Shown here: positions 59,715 to 64,000 of the stretch, piece by piece
Layout of the letters: each line of letters opens with the position of its first letter
Numbering within the stretch: the first letter of the stretch is position 1
Assembly (NCBI GenBank): GCA_040218735.1
Contig: JAVJQW010000070.1
Coordinates: forward strand, 384,001-448,000
Source of the DNA: Deltaproteobacteria bacterium
GTDB lineage: Bacteria; Myxococcota; Kuafuiibacteriia; Kuafuiibacteriales; Kuafuiibacteriaceae
Direction: 5' to 3'
Length of the DNA: 64,000 nucleotides
Made by a program: the position numbers and the translations under genes
The notes under the pieces: model-generated
The model's input: the letters and a program-made list of their open reading frames with translations, nothing else
Database searches by the model: none
Told to the model about the DNA's origin: nothing

Positions 59715-60763
59715 AGCAGGTCCTTCTCCTCGTTCTTCTCGAGCCGCGCGACGACGGTCTTCACGTCCTGCGACTGTCCACGCTTCATCACCAGGATCGC
59801 GTCGGGGGTGTCGACCACGACGACGTCCTCGAGCCCCACCACCGCGACCTTCCGTCCGGCGCGGGCATCGACGTAGCTGTTCTTCGCGCCCTCGAGCAGC
59901 GTGTCGCCGAGCGCGACGTTGCCGTCCGCGTCCGCCTCGTACACGTCCATCGCGGCGTCCCAGGAGCCGACGTCCGACCACCCGAACTCCGCCGGCATCA
60001 CCGACGTGCGCGACGACGGCTCCATCACCGCGGTGTCGATCGGCGCCTTGGGGAGCGTCGGGTAGATCGTGTCGATCGCACCCGGGTCGGCGTCGAGGGC
60101 GTCGAGCCCCTTCGCGAGCTCGGGCACGTGCGCCGAGATCTCCTCGTTCATCACGCGCGCCGGGAACACGAACATGCCGGCGTTCCACAGGAAGTCGCCG
60201 GACGCGAGGTACTGCTCGGCCGTCGCGGCGTCGGGCTTTTCGACGAACCGTTGGACCGCGTGCACCGGCTCGCCCCGCACCTCGCCGGTCTTCGCGCCCC
60301 GCTGGATGTAGCCGTAGCCGGTCTCGGGGCGGTCCGGGATGATGCCGAAGAGGACGATGCGCTCCTCGGCGGCTTCAAACGCCGCGTTCAGGTACGCGGC
60401 GAAGCGCGCCGTCTTCCGAATGTAGTGATCCGCGGGCAGGACCGCGATGCGAGCGTCCGGATCCTTCGCGAGGATGTGGCGTGTCGCCCAACCGATGCAC
60501 GGCGCGGTGTTCCGGCCCGTCGGCTCCACGAGCACGTTGGCCTTGGGCACGCCGGCGAGATCGTCGAGCGCGTGCTCCGCGTGCGCCGCGCCCGTCACCA
60601 CGTACAGGTTCTCGAGCGGCACGACGCCTTCGAGACGCGCCGCCGTCTCCGCGAGCAGCGACTTGTCGGAGCCGATCGAGAGGAACTGCTTCGGCCGCGC
60701 CCTCCGGCTCGCCGGCCAGAACCGGGTCCCCGACCCGCCCGCCATGATCACGACGTACCGCAC
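59711..60763 (-). CDS. manC: Mannose-1-phosphate guanylyltransferase
   Basis: IMAGGSGTRFWPASR..PKQFL, EP.GRNTAP, PADH, ETGYGYI, FVEKP, WNAGMF, WSDVGSW. Confidence 0.95.
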   Translation of the reverse strand: MRYVVIMAGGSGTRFWPASRRARPKQFLSIGSDKSLLAETAARLEGVVPLENLYVVTGAAHAEHALDDLAGVPKANVLVEPTGRNTAPCIGWATRHILAKDPDARIAVLPADHYIRKTARFAAYLNAAFEAAEERIVLFGIIPDRPETGYGYIQRGAKTGEVRGEPVHAVQRFVEKPDAATAEQYLASGDFLWNAGMFVFPARVMNEEISAHVPELAKGLDALDADPGAIDTIYPTLPKAPIDTAVMEPSSRTSVMPAEFGWSDVGSWDAAMDVYEADADGNVALGDTLLEGAKNSYVDARAGRKVAVVGLEDVVVVDTPDAILVMKRGQSQDVKTVVARLEKNEEKDLL

Positions 60764-60793
60764 GCGGGAGCCGTTAACACGCGGCGCTCCCAT

Positions 60794-60848
60794 TTGCACA
60801 CGATGTGCAACCGCGTTGCGCGACTCGGGAAACCCACTGCGCAACGCG
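60794..60848. promoter_or_regulatory. Two inverted repeats, candidate activator (enhancer) sites
   Basis: TTGCACA-N3-TGTGCAA (60794-60810) and CGCGTTGCGC-N17-GCGCAACGCG (60812-60848). Confidence 0.55.
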
Positions 60849-60872
60849 CCGGGCGCGCCCAAGGTGCGACGT

Positions 60873-60887
60873 TGGCACGACGAGTGC
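60873..60887 (+). promoter_or_regulatory. Sigma54 (-24/-12) promoter
   Basis: TGGCACG-ACGA-GTGC versus consensus TGGCACG-N4-TTGC; 35 nt upstream of ATG 60923, which has a GGGAGG SD. Confidence 0.75.
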
Positions 60888-60922
60888 GAAGGCGACGGAG
60901 CATGGGAGGGACTTCAATACTC

Positions 60923-62515
60923 ATGAACTTCGACTCGAAAACCACCATCCTCGCCTGCCTCGCCCTCACCGCCTGTCAGGTCGCTTCCGAACCGTCCGCG
61001 ACGACCGCGGACGAGCTGTCCAACGTCGTGGCCCAGTGCCGCACACCCCCGCCGGTCGACGCGCGTCGATCGCTGTACGTCACCGATCAGTTCATCCTCG
61101 ACGGCTCCGCCGGGAGGAACTTCACGCTGCGCAAGACACTCGCGCAGCTCGCCAAACAGAGCGGCGACGACAGCCTCAACGCAAACATCCTCTTCCGGCA
61201 GTGGTGGGACACCCAGAACCTCGCGCCGGGCTTCGGCGACGGTCCCCACTGCGAGAGTCCATTCAATGGATACGACCACCAGTGCCCGCGCTCCGAGGGC
61301 AGCCAGGCCGACCCCGCGAATTCGGCGGCGCAGATGGACAGCTACGAGCCCATCGCGCTGGTGAACCGGTTCGACCTCGCGCCGCCCGACGGCAGCAACT
61401 GCGGCGAGTACCGGATCGTCTACGGCAAGACGAGCCTCGGCACGCGCAACCTCCTCATCTTCGAGGCCAAGCTCCCCAACCCGAACCCCGGCTGCGGTCT
61501 GCAAGCCTGCTTGCCAGTGCAGCAGTGGTGGGAGCGCCTGTCGCGCATCGACGACCCGACGGTCCGCGCGCGGCGCCTGCACCGCTTCTTCTACGCCGGC
61601 CTGAAGGGCTTCGCGCCGGTCGTTCACATCGACCACTACGCGGGTGAGAGCGGCGGCGTGTACGGCGGCGGCGCGAGCGGGCAGATCCGCAGCAACCAGT
61701 TCATGCAGGGCCCGTGGAACCTCCGCGAGTTCCGCCTCGAGCGCGGCGGCGTCCCGGGCAACGGCATGGTGGATCCCAACGACCCGACCGGCGCCGCGCC
61801 GATCGCGACCGTCGGCGTGCGCTTCGTGCCCGAGACGGTGAAGGCCAACCCGTTCGGCCGCCTCTTCGACGGCTCGCTCCCGCGGAGCAACGACCCGCTC
61901 GCCGAGCGCGCCGCCGAGTTCCAGGCGCACTTCCTCACGCAAGTCGAGTCGCTCGCCATCAACGACCTCAACCGCTTCACGTACGCGGTGCCGGATCAGT
62001 TCAACCCCGGCGAGAGCCAGATGTTCGGCTCGGGCCCGACCGACTACCTCGCGCAGTTCAACGGCGACGGCGGGAACTCCCCGTTCCGTTCGCGCCTCGA
62101 CGCGGCCGCGGCCGAGCACGGTCTGACGTCCGACGACATCGTGAACCGCGCGATGGCGCTGTCCTGCGGCGGCTGTCACCAGGAGTCGGTCGGCCGCAAC
62201 CTCGGCGGCGGCCTCAACTGGCCCGGCACGCTCGGGTTCGTGCACGGCAGTGAGTTCTCGACCGAGGCGGGCCCCGACGGCCCGCGCTTCGTCATCTCGC
62301 AGGCGCTCACCGACGTCTTCCTGCCGCACCGCCAGACCGTGATGGAGGCGTTCCTCAATCGCGCGTCGTGCGCGACCTGCGCGCAGCCGATCGACGTCGA
62401 CGGCGTCGTCGCCCGGCCCGCCGGCGACGCGAACGGCGCAGACGGTACGGACGGCGCGAACGCCCCCGCGGAGCGCGACGCGAACCTGACGATCGGCGGC
62501 CGCACGGTCCACTGA
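60923..62515 (+). CDS. Cys-rich lipoprotein of unknown function with one CxxCH motif
   Basis: Lipobox LTAC; NRFDLAP..G..CGEYRIVY; GQIRSNQF; LSCGGCHQ. Confidence 0.8.
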   Translation: MNFDSKTTILACLALTACQVASEPSATTADELSNVVAQCRTPPPVDARRSLYVTDQFILDGSAGRNFTLRKTLAQLAKQSGDDSLNANILFRQWWDTQNLAPGFGDGPHCESPFNGYDHQCPRSEGSQADPANSAAQMDSYEPIALVNRFDLAPPDGSNCGEYRIVYGKTSLGTRNLLIFEAKLPNPNPGCGLQACLPVQQWWERLSRIDDPTVRARRLHRFFYAGLKGFAPVVHIDHYAGESGGVYGGGASGQIRSNQFMQGPWNLREFRLERGGVPGNGMVDPNDPTGAAPIATVGVRFVPETVKANPFGRLFDGSLPRSNDPLAERAAEFQAHFLTQVESLAINDLNRFTYAVPDQFNPGESQMFGSGPTDYLAQFNGDGGNSPFRSRLDAAAAEHGLTSDDIVNRAMALSCGGCHQESVGRNLGGGLNWPGTLGFVHGSEFSTEAGPDGPRFVISQALTDVFLPHRQTVMEAFLNRASCATCAQPIDVDGVVARPAGDANGADGTDGANAPAERDANLTIGGRTVH

Positions 62516-62539
62516 GCGACCGAAGCGCGGGGAGGAGCC

Positions 62540-64000
62540 GTGGTAGTCTCCCCGCGCTTGGCTTCCGACTTTCAGGACGCGCCGACGATCACCCGTCACC
62601 AGCAGACGCAGGCGCCGGTGCGCCTCTGTCTGGTCGTCGTCGGGGAGAGCACGTTCTGCACCCAGCCGCTGCCCGAGTCCGGCCACGTGACCATCGGGCG
62701 CGCGGAGACCAACGACGTCCGCATCGATGACCCGTCGGTCTCCCGCGAGCATGCGATCCTCCACGTCGAAGACGGCCTGTGGATCGAAGACCTCGGCAGC
62801 GCCAACGGCACGCACGTCGACAAGGCGCGCATCGGATCCAAGCGCCGCATCGAGGTCCAAGCCGACCACGTGATCGAGATCGGTTCGTCGATGGTGATCG
62901 TGCAGCGCACGTCGTCCGTGCGACCGCGCCGCCTCTGGACCCACGACTACTTCGAGGCCCGCATCGAGGACGAGTGCGAGCGGGCCCGTCGCTCGCGCGC
63001 GCACTTCTCGGTGTTACGCCTGCACGTCGACGGCGCGAAGCCACGGCGCGTCCAGAGCACCCTCGCCGCGGAGCTCTCCTCGGCGGACGTCATCGCCGCC
63101 TACGGCCCGGACGAATACGAGGCGCTCCTCGTCGACGCGAACCACGAACGCGCGACGGAGGCGGCCCAACGCATCGTGATGGCGCTCGACGAAGTCGACG
63201 CCCGCTTCGGCCTCGCGACCTACCCCCTCGACGGCTCTACGCCCGAAGCGCTGATCGCCCACGCGTGTGAGGCCGTACGCGCCCCGTCGTCGCCCGCGCC
63301 GAGCTCGGGCCCGCCGCTGGTGATGAAAGACGACGCGATGTGCGAGCTGTACCGCGTCGTCGATCGCGTCGCGGCCGGCACGATCAGCGTGATGCTCCTC
63401 GGCGAGACCGGCGTCGGCAAAGAGGTCGTCGCGGAGGCGGTCCACCGCCGCTCCCCCCGGCGCAACGCTCCGTTCGTCCGCCTCAACTGCGCCGCGCTCT
63501 CGGAGTCGCTCCTGGAAAGCGAGCTGTTCGGCCACGAGAAGGGCGCGTTCACCGGCGCCGACGCAACGAAACCCGGGCTCCTCGAGACCGCGTCCGGAGG
63601 CACGGTGTTCCTCGACGAGGTCGGCGAGCTCCCCGTGGCGTTGCAAGCCAAGTTGCTCCGGGTGATCGACGAGAGGAAGGTGCTGCGGGTCGGCGGGCTA
63701 CAGCCCCGCCCGATCGACGTTCGCATCCTCTCCGCCACGAACCGCGACCTCGAGCAGGAGGTGCTCCGACGCGCCTTCCGCGCGGATCTATTCTTTCGCT
63801 TGAATGGAATCTCCCTAATCATCCCGCCGTTGAGGCAGCGCCCGGCGGAGATCGTGCCGTTGGTCGAGGCCTACGTCGCGCACCTGTCCTCGGCGATCGG
63901 CGTCGCCGCGCCCGAGGTGAGCGACGACGCGATCGCGATGTTGGAGCGGTACAGCTGGCCCGGGAACATCCGCGAGCTGAAGAACTTCATCGAGCGCGCG
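62540..64000 (+). CDS. Sigma54-dependent activator: FHA + degenerate GGDEF-like + AAA+; 3' end runs off the window
   Basis: Translated by hand: FHA (IGR...SVSREHA...DLGSANGT), [41 protein letters not shown]. Start GTG 62540 or TTG 62558. Confidence 0.93.
   Translation, partial: MVVSPRLASDFQDAPTITRHQQTQAPVRLCLVVVGESTFCTQPLPESGHVTIGRAETNDVRIDDPSVSREHAILHVEDGLWIEDLGSANGTHVDKARIGSKRRIEVQADHVIEIGSSMVIVQRTSSVRPRRLWTHDYFEARIEDECERARRSRAHFSVLRLHVDGAKPRRVQSTLAAELSSADVIAAYGPDEYEALLVDANHERATEAAQRIVMALDEVDARFGLATYPLDGSTPEALIAHACEAVRAPSSPAPSSGPPLVMKDDAMCELYRVVDRVAAGTISVMLLGETGVGKEVVAEAVHRRSPRRNAPFVRLNCAALSESLLESELFGHEKGAFTGADATKPGLLETASGGTVFLDEVGELPVALQAKLLRVIDERKVLRVGGLQPRPIDVRILSATNRDLEQEVLRRAFRADLFFRLNGISLIIPPLRQRPAEIVPLVEAYVAHLSSAIGVAAPEVSDDAIAMLERYSWPGNIRELKNFIERA

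Overview
This is a very GC-rich chromosomal window, most likely from a myxobacterium (Myxococcota). The assignment rests on RomR, CdnL/CarD, three Hanks-type Ser/Thr kinases, PEGA/TPR proteins, an FHA-sigma54 activator and many Cys-rich lipoproteins. About 45 real CDSs were resolved from a dense background of antisense shadow ORFs. The housekeeping backbone is hisZ, romR, yraN, comEC, a PpiC-type foldase, gltX, hutI, uvrC, ogt, ada/alkA, uvrB, cysS, cdnL, PMM/PGM and manC. I found no tRNA, rRNA, CRISPR array, transposase or integrase. The best candidate for an undescribed system is at 53197-64000. There, a tightly coupled manC-PMM/PGM operon continues into a membrane Ser/Thr kinase, a sensor-HAMP class III cyclase lacking two catalytic residues, and an OmpA-FecR-beta-barrel protein. 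Divergent from it are a sigma54 promoter, a CxxCH lipoprotein and an FHA/degenerate-GGDEF sigma54 activator. Other highlights: a zinc-ribbon-like insertion next to the CysRS KMSKS loop; two tandem ~1300-aa Kelch lipoproteins with a homogenised 233-bp 3' end; a telomere-like (GGGCTC)n array flanked by an inverted, dispersed repeat; a probable CTG start codon; and a recurring leaderless-type promoter layout. All calls come from reading motifs by eye, with no database searches.
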